The notes: a model not told the origin generated them from the sequence alone. A stretch of 64,000 nucleotides of DNA from an uncultured Alphaproteobacteria bacterium (GCA_958295725.1 OY282368.1:1282124-1346123); one strand, 5' to 3'; positions 29,006 through 39,917 are shown, counted from the stretch's first letter. A program made the numbers and translations.

Positions 29006-30712
29006 TCACGCGGGGATGAGGATATCGCCCTGCAACGCCTCGGGCGTGCGGCGGGTGAAGGCCACGGAGCGGGGTTCGGTACGCGGTTTTCCGTCGGCGC
29101 CGCGTCGCTGGACGAAATTGACGAGGAAGCGGTCGTCGGAGTCGGGGAAGTCCTCGCGGAAATGGCTGCCCCGGCTCTCTTCCCGGAGTTCCGCCGCCGC
29201 GCCGATGAGGCGCGCCACGTCGATCAGGTTCTCGGCGTCGAGACGCTCCTGGAGGTCGGGGTTTCCGCCGCGTCGCGTCGGCATGGCCAGGGCGCCGAGC
29301 TCGTCTTCGATGGCGTCGATCTCGCCCGCCGCCCGCGTCAGGCCGTTCGCGTCGCGGAGAACGCCGAGGCGGTCCCAGGCCAGGGCGCGCAACCGCTTCT
29401 TCAGCTCGAAGGGCCGTCCGGTGATCCCGCCGGAACCCTCCAGGCGGGTGCGGGCGGCGTCGAGCCGGTCCCTGTCGATGGACGCGCGTGTCCCTTCCGT
29501 CGCGTGACGGGCGATCGATTCGCCGGCGATGGCCCCGAACACCATCGATTCGGCCACTCCGTTGCCGCCGAGGCGGTTGGCGCCGTGGACGCCGCCGGCG
29601 TCCTCGCCGGCCGCGAACAGCCCCTCCAGGGTCGCTCGGCAGTCGGCGTCGATGCGGATACCTCCCATCTGGAAGTGCGCCGTGGGGGTTACCTCGATCA
29701 GGTCCGTCGCCATGTCGGCGCCGACGGTCAGGCAGCGGGCGTACATGCCTGGGGAGGACTCGAGCAGGAACTCCTTCCCGAGATGCCGGACGTCGAGATA
29801 GACGCCCCCGCTGGCCGTGCCGCGGCCGGCCCGGACCTCCATCATGCCGCTCCGCGAGACGCGGTCGCGGGTGGAGCGTTCCATCTTCTCGGGATCGTAG
29901 CGCGCCATATAGCGCTCGCGACCGGCGTTGAGCAGATGGCCGCCGGCGCCCCGCAGGCCTTCCTCGAGGACCGTCCCGTTCATCAGCGAGCCGTCCACGA
30001 TAAGTCCCGTGGGATGGAACTGCATCATCTCCATGTCGACGAACTCGGCGCCGGCCCGGTAGGCCATGGCGAGGCCGTCCCCCGACTTCTCGAGCGAGGC
30101 CGCGGTGATGCGGTAGAGCGGGGCGGCCCCGCCCGTCGCCAGCAGGACGGCGGTGGTGTGGACGGCGATGAGCTCGCCGCTGTGAAGGTCGAGCAGCAGT
30201 GCGCCGGCCACCGCCCGGCCCGAGGCGTCCAGCAGCAGGTCGACGCCGCGGACTTCGTCGAGCAGCTCGATGTCGCGAACCAGAACCTGTTCCGCGAGGC
30301 GGCCGACGATCTCGATTCCGGTGAGATCGCCGCGGTGGATCGTCCGGTTGAACGACTGTCCGGCGAGCGCGCGCTGGTGGATGGCGCCGTCGGCGTCGCG
30401 GTCGAAGACGCAGCCGAAGGCGTTCTCCATCTCGAAGACGCGCTCCGGCGCTTGCGTGACCAGGGTCCAGGCCAGCTCCTGATCGTTGATCAGGCCGCCG
30501 CCCCGGATCGTGTCGTCGTAATGCCTGTCGAACGAATCGTCCTCGTGCAGGACGGCGTTGTAGCCGCCCTGGACCATGCGGGTGCATCCGCTCTTGCCGA
30601 ACAGGCCCTTGCTGGCCACGACGATATCGAGGCCGGGCGCGGCGTCGCGCGCGTGGATCGCCGCGTACAGCGCGCCGCCGCCGCCGCCGATGATCAGGAT
30701 ATCGCAGGTCAT
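29006..30712 (-). CDS. FAD-binding fumarate reductase/succinate dehydrogenase-type flavoprotein subunit
   Basis: 568 aa. N-terminal DILIIGGGGGALYAA, the FAD-attachment context MQFHPTG, and the C-terminal RGSHFREDFP motif. Confidence 0.8.
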   Translation of the reverse strand: MTCDILIIGGGGGALYAAIHARDAAPGLDIVVASKGLFGKSGCTRMVQGGYNAVLHEDDSFDRHYDDTIRGGGLINDQELAWTLVTQAPERVFEMENAFGCVFDRDADGAIHQRALAGQSFNRTIHRGDLTGIEIVGRLAEQVLVRDIELLDEVRGVDLLLDASGRAVAGALLLDLHSGELIAVHTTAVLLATGGAAPLYRITAASLEKSGDGLAMAYRAGAEFVDMEMMQFHPTGLIVDGSLMNGTVLEEGLRGAGGHLLNAGRERYMARYDPEKMERSTRDRVSRSGMMEVRAGRGTASGGVYLDVRHLGKEFLLESSPGMYARCLTVGADMATDLIEVTPTAHFQMGGIRIDADCRATLEGLFAAGEDAGGVHGANRLGGNGVAESMVFGAIAGESIARHATEGTRASIDRDRLDAARTRLEGSGGITGRPFELKKRLRALAWDRLGVLRDANGLTRAAGEIDAIEDELGALAMPTRRGGNPDLQERLDAENLIDVARLIGAAAELREESRGSHFREDFPDSDDRFLVNFVQRRGADGKPRTEPRSVAFTRRTPEALQGDILIPA

Positions 30713-30765
30713 GGATTGCACGCGGGTCTCTCCGGACGCCTCTCGGGGACAGGCCGCGCCGGAAG

Positions 30766-32142
30766 CTACAGGCCGTCGGCGAGGTCCGACAGCGCGCGGT
30801 CGATCCTCTCCACGATGTAGTCGACGTCGTCGCTGGTCGTGATGAGGGGCGGCAGGATCGGGATCACGCCGTCGGCGGCTCGCGTCAACAGGCCGTGGCC
30901 GTCGAGGAGGGCGGTAATCCTGTCGCCGATGCCTGCGGCCGCCGGGAACCGTTCCCGCGTCTCGCGGTCCCCGACCAGCTCGACGGCGGCGAACAGCCCC
31001 TTGCCGCCCCTGATATCGCCGACGAAAGGATGTCGGTAGAGCACCTGGAGGCGCTCGAACAAGTACCGCCCCATCTTCGCGGAGTTCTCGACCAGGTTCT
31101 CCTTCTCGATGATGTCGAGATTGGCGAGCGCCGCGGCGCAGGCGATCGGGTGCCCACCGTAGGTGTACAGATGGCGGAACTTCTCGTCCTCGCCGCCCAT
31201 GAACGTGTCGGCGATCCGCTTGCGGACGATCGCGCCGGCGGCGGGGAGATAGCCGCTGCTCAACTGCTTGGCCATGGTCGTGATGTCGGGCCGCGCGTCC
31301 CAGTGCATGCTGGCGAACCATTTGCCCGTCCGCCCATATCCGGTGACCACCTCGTCCATGATCATCAGGACGCCGAAGCGGTCGCAGATCTCGCGAACGG
31401 TCGGCCAGTAATCCTCGTGCGGGATGTAGACGCCGCCGGTGATCGACATCGGCTCGCCGATGAAGGCGGCCACCGTCTCCGGTCCCTCGTCCTCGATGAC
31501 GCGCTCGACCTCGCGCGCGCACTCAAGCGTGCATGAGCCGTTCGCCGCGCACAGCGCGCAGTGGTACTCGTTGGGCTGGGTCACGTGGATGTTGCCGGGT
31601 TGCAGCGGACCGTAGTCCCCGGGCGCCGCGATGCCGCCGCCGCCCGCGGCCATCGTCGCGTGCGTGCCGCCGTGGTACGAACCGGCCCTGCTGACGACCT
31701 TGTAGCGGCCCTTCTCGCCTTGGATCCGGTGGTATTTCTTGGCGATCTTGAGCGCGACCTCGTTGGACTCGGCGCCGCCGTTGGTCAGGAACACCCGCGA
31801 TCCCGTATCGGGCGCGAGGCTGGCGATCCTGGCCGAGAGTCGGATGGTGTTGGGGTTCGTGCCCGCCCAAGGGTTCGATGTGATCCCTCGCATGGCCTCG
31901 TATACGGCGTCCGCGATCTCCCCGCGACCGTAGCCCACCGCCTGTAACCACATCCCCGACATCATGTCGAATATCTTTCGCCCGTCGATGTCGGTCAGCC
32001 AGCAGCCTTCGCCGCTCGCGTAGATCTTCAACGACTCCGGGGCCTTGGCGAAGTCGTTCATCTGGTGGAACGGGAGCCACAGATGATCGACCGCCATTCG
32101 CCGCAGGTCTTCGTGCGCTCGTTCGCGTCCTTGTCCGGTCAT
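30766..32142 (-). CDS. Class-III (omega) aminotransferase, PLP-dependent
   Basis: 458 aa. Fold-type-I motifs including the MIMDEVVTGYGRTG region and the PLP-lysine context (TMAKQLSSG). Confidence 0.85.
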   Translation of the reverse strand: MTGQGRERAHEDLRRMAVDHLWLPFHQMNDFAKAPESLKIYASGEGCWLTDIDGRKIFDMMSGMWLQAVGYGRGEIADAVYEAMRGITSNPWAGTNPNTIRLSARIASLAPDTGSRVFLTNGGAESNEVALKIAKKYHRIQGEKGRYKVVSRAGSYHGGTHATMAAGGGGIAAPGDYGPLQPGNIHVTQPNEYHCALCAANGSCTLECAREVERVIEDEGPETVAAFIGEPMSITGGVYIPHEDYWPTVREICDRFGVLMIMDEVVTGYGRTGKWFASMHWDARPDITTMAKQLSSGYLPAAGAIVRKRIADTFMGGEDEKFRHLYTYGGHPIACAAALANLDIIEKENLVENSAKMGRYLFERLQVLYRHPFVGDIRGGKGLFAAVELVGDRETRERFPAAAGIGDRITALLDGHGLLTRAADGVIPILPPLITTSDDVDYIVERIDRALSDLADGL

Positions 32143-32173
32143 GTCGTCGGCTCTCCAGGGACGTCTTCACCCG

Positions 32174-33556
32174 TCATGAAGCGAGCACGGCGTCGGCACG
32201 TTCGCGCGCGGCGGTCGCGCGCTCCGAGTCGCCCAAGGCCTCCAGGGTCTCGGCGTACTTGAGCCAGTTTCCGCGGCTGTTGGGTCTCTCGGCGACCCGC
32301 TCGGCGAGCAAGGCACGCGCGAGGGCGAGGCGCTTGTTCCGGATCGCCGATTCGATCAGCACCTGGGCGAAGATATCGCGCTGCGCGTGGCTACCGCCGA
32401 GGCAGGCGAGGTCGTAGCGCAGGGGCAGCAGGCCATCGACCACGGCGTCATGGTCGTCCCTGGCGAAGTCCAGCAAGGCCTGGCAGATCGGGATCGCCAC
32501 GGATTCCATGGTCGCGGCGGCGAAGTTGTCCGGCGTCCCGGCGAACGCGCGCAGCGACGCCAGCAACTTCTCGGCGGCGTCGAAACGCCTGTCGGCCGCC
32601 AACGCCATCATCGTGTGGGTGTCGGTGAAGGCGAGGACGTGGTCGTCCACGTGCGCCTCCATGGCGTCCGCCATGGGCTTCCAACGGCCGCCCACGTCGA
32701 CGCCGAGGAGGTCGAGGCGCAGCAGCATGGAGGCGCCATTCTGGACATCGAGATAGAAGTCCCATGCCTCGGGCGTGACGGAGCGGTCGAACAGCGCCAG
32801 CGCGCTGCCATAGTCGCCTGTTTCGACCGAGTACATGGTCCGGTGCCACCAGAGATGGCCCCTGAAGGGATTGCGGTCCTCCCAGGCGTCGGCCGGGTAA
32901 TCCAGCCAGTCCATTCCCTCGCGCACGCGACCTTGCATCTCGAGGACATGGGCGACCGCGTGGATCGCCCACAGGTCGTCCGGGTTGGCCTCGACGGCGC
33001 GACGCCCGAATTCCTCGGCCCGCGCGTACTCGCCGCATTCCTCCAGGCCGAAGGCGTACATGCCTTGAACGCCGCCATAGCCGGGCACGGACTCGTCCCA
33101 CCGGTCGATGACCCGGGCGACGCCGTCGCGGAGGTCGCCCGCCCGGCCCATCCAGAAGGCGTTGTAGTGCTGCAGGCGCAGCGCCAGCAGGTCGTGGGGA
33201 TGTTCCCGGAGGATTTCGTCCCAGACGGCGCAGGCCGCCGCGAGGTCCCCGCGGGACCAGGCGCCGAGCGCCGCCACGTGGGCGGCTTCCCGGCTCGTGA
33301 CCTTGCCGACGCCGGCTTCCGCGGCGGCGAGGCTCTCCTCGATCTTGGGCCGCACCGCGGTGGTCCCGAACAGGTTGAAGAGATAGCCCTTGAAGCACTG
33401 CCCCATGACGAAGCCGGGGTCGGCCTCGAGCATCCGTTTGACGGCGTCCCCGACTCCCGCCCGATAATCCAGATACTGCGCCATCGTCTCGTCGAAGCCC
33501 TCGGCCGCGGCAGCGCTGTCGGTGGTCAGGGCGAGACCGCGTTCGTCGGCGTACAT
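32174..33556 (-). CDS. TPR-repeat protein (TTC38-like)
   Basis: All-helical, with repeated A/L-rich TPR-like units. RBS GAGGAG lies before MYADERG. Confidence 0.5.
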   Translation of the reverse strand: MYADERGLALTTDSAAAAEGFDETMAQYLDYRAGVGDAVKRMLEADPGFVMGQCFKGYLFNLFGTTAVRPKIEESLAAAEAGVGKVTSREAAHVAALGAWSRGDLAAACAVWDEILREHPHDLLALRLQHYNAFWMGRAGDLRDGVARVIDRWDESVPGYGGVQGMYAFGLEECGEYARAEEFGRRAVEANPDDLWAIHAVAHVLEMQGRVREGMDWLDYPADAWEDRNPFRGHLWWHRTMYSVETGDYGSALALFDRSVTPEAWDFYLDVQNGASMLLRLDLLGVDVGGRWKPMADAMEAHVDDHVLAFTDTHTMMALAADRRFDAAEKLLASLRAFAGTPDNFAAATMESVAIPICQALLDFARDDHDAVVDGLLPLRYDLACLGGSHAQRDIFAQVLIESAIRNKRLALARALLAERVAERPNSRGNWLKYAETLEALGDSERATAARERADAVLAS

Positions 33557-33833
33557 GGCTGCTCCTCTCGCGGGTCGGGACGGCATGGTGTAGACGGGAA
33601 TCCCGAAATCTTCAACGCCGTCCCGATCTACAATTCATATAACAAACAAAATGAATGTTGTAATACTTTGATTGAAATGAATTTTTGAACTCACAACACC
33701 GACCCCGCGATCCGGGACTCGATCGCTTCCCATTGCCTGTCTCCGCCCGGAGATCGCCGATGTCTGGATTGGCGTCGACGGGGCGAGACCGGGGCCGCGG
33801 GAGCGCGCGCGGGCCGCAGCCGTCGCCTTCCGG

Positions 33834-34169
33834 TCACGAGTCCGGCGCTCGGGACTCGTCGAGGCGGACGTATATCTTCCCGTTCTCGACCTTGGTGGCG
33901 TAGGTGTCGAGGGCGACGGACACCGGCGCGCCCTTGGGCTTGCCGGTGGGGATGTGGAACCGCCCCTGATGGACCGGACACTCGATGATGTCGTCGATCA
34001 CGACCCCTTCCGACAGGAAGGCGAAGGCGTGGGTGCAGATGTTCTCGGTGGCGTAGAACTTTCCCTTCACGTTGTAGACGGCGACGGCGGTGCCCGCCAC
34101 GTCGACGCCGATCACGTCCTCTTCCTCGATATCGTCGGTCGACGCGACCAAGCGCCACTCTCCGGCCAT
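33834..34169 (-). CDS. Rieske [2Fe-2S] ferredoxin
   Basis: CTH...CPVHQG Rieske ligand boxes. 111 aa. Confidence 0.8.
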   Translation of the reverse strand: MAGEWRLVASTDDIEEEDVIGVDVAGTAVAVYNVKGKFYATENICTHAFAFLSEGVVIDDIIECPVHQGRFHIPTGKPKGAPVSVALDTYATKVENGKIYVRLDESRAPDS

Positions 34170-34206
34170 GCAACGGGTCTCCTGTCGTCCGTGGACGGAC
34201 GTCAGT

Positions 34207-35214
34207 TCAGAGGGATTGGACGATGCGGAATCGGAATTTCCGTTCCAGGTGGTGACGTAGCACGTCCCGCTGGACCGCCCAGTACCCCTTGTCGACGGGG
34301 TTCATTTCGTGACCCACCTCGGCATGGAGCGCGGGCAGGGCGTGGAACGGAACGGACGGCGCCAGATGATGCTCGCAGTGATAGGGCATGTTCCAGCACA
34401 GGAACCGGGTCAGGGGACCGGTCCTCACGGTGCGGGCGTAGGTCCGGAGATCGAGCTTCCCTTCCGTGCAGCCGGTATGGTCGGCGATACGGATGGCCCG
34501 CGCCACGGGTACGCCGATGACCGTGGGGATAGCCCAGTAGATGGCGACGGCCCACGTCCCGAGAGCGACGCTGACGGCGGCGAGGCCGACGTAGATCGCC
34601 AGCATGACACGGGCTTCGAGGAAAATTCTGGGGAGCTGGTCCTCGGGCACGAACTGGCGGTTGAACGGGCGGATACGGCCCATGGAATGGCGCAGGATCC
34701 AGCCGATGTTCTTGATCCAGAGCTGGGTGGCCGTGACGTAGTACACGTAGTCCATCCACGACGAGGGGCTCGGCAGGACCAACTCCGGGTCCTTGCCGAA
34801 TTCCTGGGCATGGGTGTGATGGCCGGTATGGTCGTAGCGGAAATACGTCGGCGGCCACAGGATCATGATGCCCGTGATCCAATGCACGGTCTCGTTGAGC
34901 CAGCGGGTGCGGAAGGCGGTACCGTGGCTGCACTCGTGCATCGGCGCGAACAGATGCCCCAGCATGACGCCGTGCAGAAGCATCGCCGGGATCAGCCATC
35001 CCGTCCCCGTGGCCAGATACACCAGGTATCCGGTGCCGAGGACGATCGACATGTGTCCGCCGAAATAGATCAGGCCGTGGCGATCGGTGCGCTTGGTGAA
35101 GGGCTTGAGCCGCTCGCGCGAGACGATCTCCCGCTGCGCAGCCAGGAGCTTCGCGTTGGCCTCGGGGCTGGTCAGTTTTCGGGTCCGGAGGTCGTCGACG
35201 GCTACGGCTTCCAA
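34207..35214 (-). CDS. Membrane fatty-acid desaturase/hydroxylase family protein (three His boxes)
   Basis: His boxes HECSH, HTGHHTH, HCEHH. Multiple TM segments. Confidence 0.75.
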   Translation of the reverse strand: MEAVAVDDLRTRKLTSPEANAKLLAAQREIVSRERLKPFTKRTDRHGLIYFGGHMSIVLGTGYLVYLATGTGWLIPAMLLHGVMLGHLFAPMHECSHGTAFRTRWLNETVHWITGIMILWPPTYFRYDHTGHHTHAQEFGKDPELVLPSPSSWMDYVYYVTATQLWIKNIGWILRHSMGRIRPFNRQFVPEDQLPRIFLEARVMLAIYVGLAAVSVALGTWAVAIYWAIPTVIGVPVARAIRIADHTGCTEGKLDLRTYARTVRTGPLTRFLCWNMPYHCEHHLAPSVPFHALPALHAEVGHEMNPVDKGYWAVQRDVLRHHLERKFRFRIVQSL

Positions 35215-35390
35215 TGTCGCACCCTTTCGCTAAACTCCCGCTGGAGCGGTTCGGGAGAACATTGCCGAATCTAGCAGCGGCGCTCCGTACCCGCAAGCGA
35301 TCGCGGATCCGCGATCGAAGGCGCGGGTCGCGTCTCGTCCGAACCGGTCCGGGCGTCGCGACGATGCGAAAATCATGTCTCGGGGAGGCG

Positions 35391-36992
35391 ATGAAACAGA
35401 TGTCAGCACCGAATTTCCTTTTCATTCAGGCCGATCAGATGGCGGCGCCGGTTCTTCCGGTCTACGGCCACCCGCTGGTCAAGGCGCCGTATCTGGAAGG
35501 TCTGGCGCGCGACGGGGTCGTCTTCGAGAACGCCTACTGCAACAACCCGATCTGCGCGTCGTCCCGTTTCTCGATGATGGCGGGTCAGCTTCCCTCGCGC
35601 ATCGGCGCCTATGACAACGCGGCGGAGTTTCCCGCGACCGTGCCGACCTTCGCCCATTACCTGCGGGCGCTCGGCTACGCGACGTGCCTGAGCGGCAAGA
35701 TGCACTTCGTCGGTCCGGACCAGCTCCACGGCTTCGAGGAGCGGCTGACCACCGATATCTATCCGTCCGATTTCGGCTGGACGCCCGACTGGTCCAGGGG
35801 CGACAGGCAATTGCCGCCGTCGGGCATGAGCATGCGCAGCGTCGTCGAGGCCGGCCTCTGCCGGCGCAGCCTGCAGATCGACTACGACGAGGACGTCGGC
35901 TTCCAGGCGGTGCGGAGGATCTACGACTACGCGCGCGACCCGGACGGCAAGCCGTTCTTCCTCGCGGCGTCGTTCACGCATCCGCACAACCCGTTCACGA
36001 TCACGCCGGAGTTCTGGAATCTCTACGACCACGACGATATCGACCTGCCCAGGTATCCCGGCAAGCCGGTCGAGGAGCGCGATCCCTGGAGCCGGCGCTA
36101 CCACTACCTGATCCGCCAGGACGAGCACGAGGTCGCCGACGAACACCTGCGCAACGCGCGGCATGCCTACTACGGGATGGTGAGCTATGTCGACAGCCAC
36201 GTGGGCCGGCTGCTCGACGCGTTGGAAGCCACGGGTCTCGCCGACAACACGGTCGTGATCTTCACCGCGGACCACGGCGAAATGATGGGCGAGCGCGGCA
36301 TGTGGTACAAGTTCAACCCCTTCGAATGGTCCGTGCGCGTGCCGTTGATCGTGCGCGCGCCGGGGAACGCCAAGGGGCGGCGCGAGGCGAAGTCGGTCTC
36401 GCTCGTCGACCTGCTGCCGACGTTGCTCGACCTCGCCACGGACGGCGGCCCGCCCGATCTCGTGGAACCCGTCGACGGACGCACATGGTCCGGAATGCTC
36501 CACGGCCCGGACGAGTCGCGCCCCGACGAAGCCATGATCGAGTTCACCGCCGAGGGCGCCATCGCGCCTTGCCTGATCCTGCGCAAGGGTCCCTACAAGT
36601 ACGTCTACAGCGAGCCCGATCCCGGCATGATGTTCAACGTCGAGACCGACCCGGGAGAGCAGGAGAACCTCTGTGGTGATCCCGCGCACAAGGACGTCGA
36701 GGACGAACTGCTGGCGGACATCCTCGGCCGGTGGGATCCGCGGCGCATCGAGGAAGACATCCTGGAAAGCCAGCGGCGGCGTCTCTTCATCCAGGACGTG
36801 CTGACGAGCGGCCGGCCTACCCCGTGGGACTATCAGCCGATGCGCGATGCCTCGCGGCAATACCTGCGGTCGGGCGGCAGCCCGACGATGGTCAAGGGTC
36901 TCGCGCGTTTCCCCTACATGGAGCCGGTGCCCCCGGACTTCCCGCGGCCCGACGCCGTTCGACCCGCGCGGGAAAAGGAGGCGCGATCATGA
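35391..36992 (+). CDS. Choline-sulfatase-like (BetC family) sulfatase with an atypical active-site motif
   Basis: Strong BetC-like blocks (YDNAAEF...GKMHFVGPDQLHGFEERLTTDIYPSDFGWTPDW). The motif reads C-A-S-S-R (35553..35567) instead of the canonical C-x-P-x-R. RBS GGGGAGG. An alternative start at 35364 exists. Confidence 0.8.
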   Translation: MKQMSAPNFLFIQADQMAAPVLPVYGHPLVKAPYLEGLARDGVVFENAYCNNPICASSRFSMMAGQLPSRIGAYDNAAEFPATVPTFAHYLRALGYATCLSGKMHFVGPDQLHGFEERLTTDIYPSDFGWTPDWSRGDRQLPPSGMSMRSVVEAGLCRRSLQIDYDEDVGFQAVRRIYDYARDPDGKPFFLAASFTHPHNPFTITPEFWNLYDHDDIDLPRYPGKPVEERDPWSRRYHYLIRQDEHEVADEHLRNARHAYYGMVSYVDSHVGRLLDALEATGLADNTVVIFTADHGEMMGERGMWYKFNPFEWSVRVPLIVRAPGNAKGRREAKSVSLVDLLPTLLDLATDGGPPDLVEPVDGRTWSGMLHGPDESRPDEAMIEFTAEGAIAPCLILRKGPYKYVYSEPDPGMMFNVETDPGEQENLCGDPAHKDVEDELLADILGRWDPRRIEEDILESQRRRLFIQDVLTSGRPTPWDYQPMRDASRQYLRSGGSPTMVKGLARFPYMEPVPPDFPRPDAVRPAREKEARS

Positions 36993-37059
36993 CCCGTATG
37001 GCCGGACGTCGACGCGGCCTGTCTGGACACTCGGACAGATCGGGGAACAGGACGCGCCT

Positions 37060-38010
37060 TCACGAGCCGGGCCGGGGCGGCCGGGAAGCGCCAGGGCGGG
37101 GCAGCACCGTCGAGACGCCGCCGACGAGCAGGAAGAGGGCGACAACCTCGACCCAACCCAACGGCTCGTCGAGAACGACGGCGCCCGATACGAGGCCCAC
37201 CGCCGGAATCGCCAGCGTCGACAGCGAGGCGACCCAGACCGGCACGAGTTGCAGGATCTTGAAGTAGAGCCAGTGGGCGAGCGCGATGCCGACGACGATG
37301 ACGTAGGCCGTGGCGAGCAAGACCTCCCACGTCGTGCCGCGCAGGTCCTGGAACTGGACGGCCCCGGCGACGATGACGGGCAGACCGCCGATCAACGCCT
37401 GCCAGCCCACGACCGCCGTGGCCGAGACCTGCCAGCGCACCCGTTTCACGACGATGGAGGACAGCGCCCAGAACACGGCGCCGCCGCTCATGACCGCGAG
37501 GCCGAGCCAGCCCCGATAGGTCGCCTCGAGGTCGCGCGCGGCCAGCAGCGCGATGGCGCCGAGGCCGAGAGCGAGGCCGAGCCACTTGCCGGGGGTGGGC
37601 CGCTCACCCAGGAACAGCGTTCCGATCAGGAACACGTAGAGCGGCATGGTATAGGCGGCGATCGCGGTGTGGCCCGAGGTCGTGAGCCGGACGGCGAGCG
37701 CGGAACAGATGAACCACACGGTCATGTTGCAGAAGCCCACGACGCCGACGCCTATCCAGTTGTCGCGCGGCATCCGCAGACGTTCCCGGTTGGCGGCCGC
37801 GATGGTCAGCATGAGGACGCCCACGCTGAGCACGCAGATCGCCCGGAACGGGAGCAGGGGCAGGCCCATCGACGCGATCTTGAGAATCGGCCAGTTGACG
37901 CCCCATGCCAAGGTCAGCAGCCCCAGCAACAGGAGGCCGCGGGTCGGAAGGCGCGTCGGTTCCGGCGCCGGGTCGGGGCCGTCCAGATGTCGGCCTGTCG
38001 CGTCCGTCAT
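37060..38010 (-). CDS. EamA/DMT-family transporter
   Basis: 10-TM protein with two EamA-like halves. Confidence 0.7.
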   Translation of the reverse strand: MTDATGRHLDGPDPAPEPTRLPTRGLLLLGLLTLAWGVNWPILKIASMGLPLLPFRAICVLSVGVLMLTIAAANRERLRMPRDNWIGVGVVGFCNMTVWFICSALAVRLTTSGHTAIAAYTMPLYVFLIGTLFLGERPTPGKWLGLALGLGAIALLAARDLEATYRGWLGLAVMSGGAVFWALSSIVVKRVRWQVSATAVVGWQALIGGLPVIVAGAVQFQDLRGTTWEVLLATAYVIVVGIALAHWLYFKILQLVPVWVASLSTLAIPAVGLVSGAVVLDEPLGWVEVVALFLLVGGVSTVLPRPGASRPPRPGS

Positions 38011-38111
38011 GGTTCGCGCAGCTACGGGGAACGGTCGGCGCCGCGGCCGGATCCCGACAGCGTCGAGGCGAAGGCGAGGGAGGCTCTCCCCATTCGCGTC
38101 CGGCGGCGGCT

Positions 38112-39338
<1,227 letters not shown>

Positions 39339-39423
39339 GGTTTCCCGTTATTCCCTTGCGATCCGGCGGGGGACGGAGGCGATCGTTCCAGTCTTCCGCC
39401 TCGATTATACACCACGTCGAAAG

Positions 39424-39917
39424 GCGCGGCGTCCGCACAATCCGCACACCCTCCGGGGGTCGAACCCGGCGTGGCGTCCGCACAATCCGCACACCCTTCG
39501 GGGGTCGAGCCCGGCGTGGCGATCCGCACAATCCGCACACTCTCCGGGGGTCGAACCCGGCGTGGCGATCCGCACAATCCGCACACCCTTCGAGGGTCGA
39601 ACCCGGCGCGGCGATCCGCACGATCCGCACACTCTCCGGGGGTCGAACCCGGCGCGGCAATCCGCACGATCCGCACACTCTCCGGGGGTCGAGCCCGGCG
39701 CGGCGATCCGCACGATCCGCACACTCTCCGGGGGTCGAACCCGGCGCGGCGATCCGCACGATCCGCACACCCTCCGGGGGTCGAGCCCGGCGCGGCGATC
39801 CGCACGATCCGCACACCCTTCGCGGGTCGAGCCCGGCGCGGCGATCCGCACGATCCGCACACTCTCCGGGGGTCGAACCCGGCGCGGCGATCCGCACAAT
39901 CCGCACACCGTCGGGCC
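39424..39917. repeat. Tandem array of about 11 direct repeats of a 45-46-bp unit (no spacers)
   Basis: Unit (G)ATCCGCACAATCCGCACA-CCCTCCGGGGGTCGAACCCGG-CGTGGC. It contains an internal ATCCGCACA duplication and the palindrome CCGGG-GGTCGAA-CCCGG. Variant positions are caatcc/cgatcc, ccctcc/cccttc/actctc, gaaccc/gagccc and gcgtgg/gcgcgg. Confidence 0.9.

Noticed and set aside
39424-39917. CRISPR array interpretation of the 45-bp repeats
   Set aside because: The units abut directly with no unique spacers. No cas genes or leader-like AT-rich sequence are present. The unit is imperfect at several positions in a tiling pattern typical of minisatellites.
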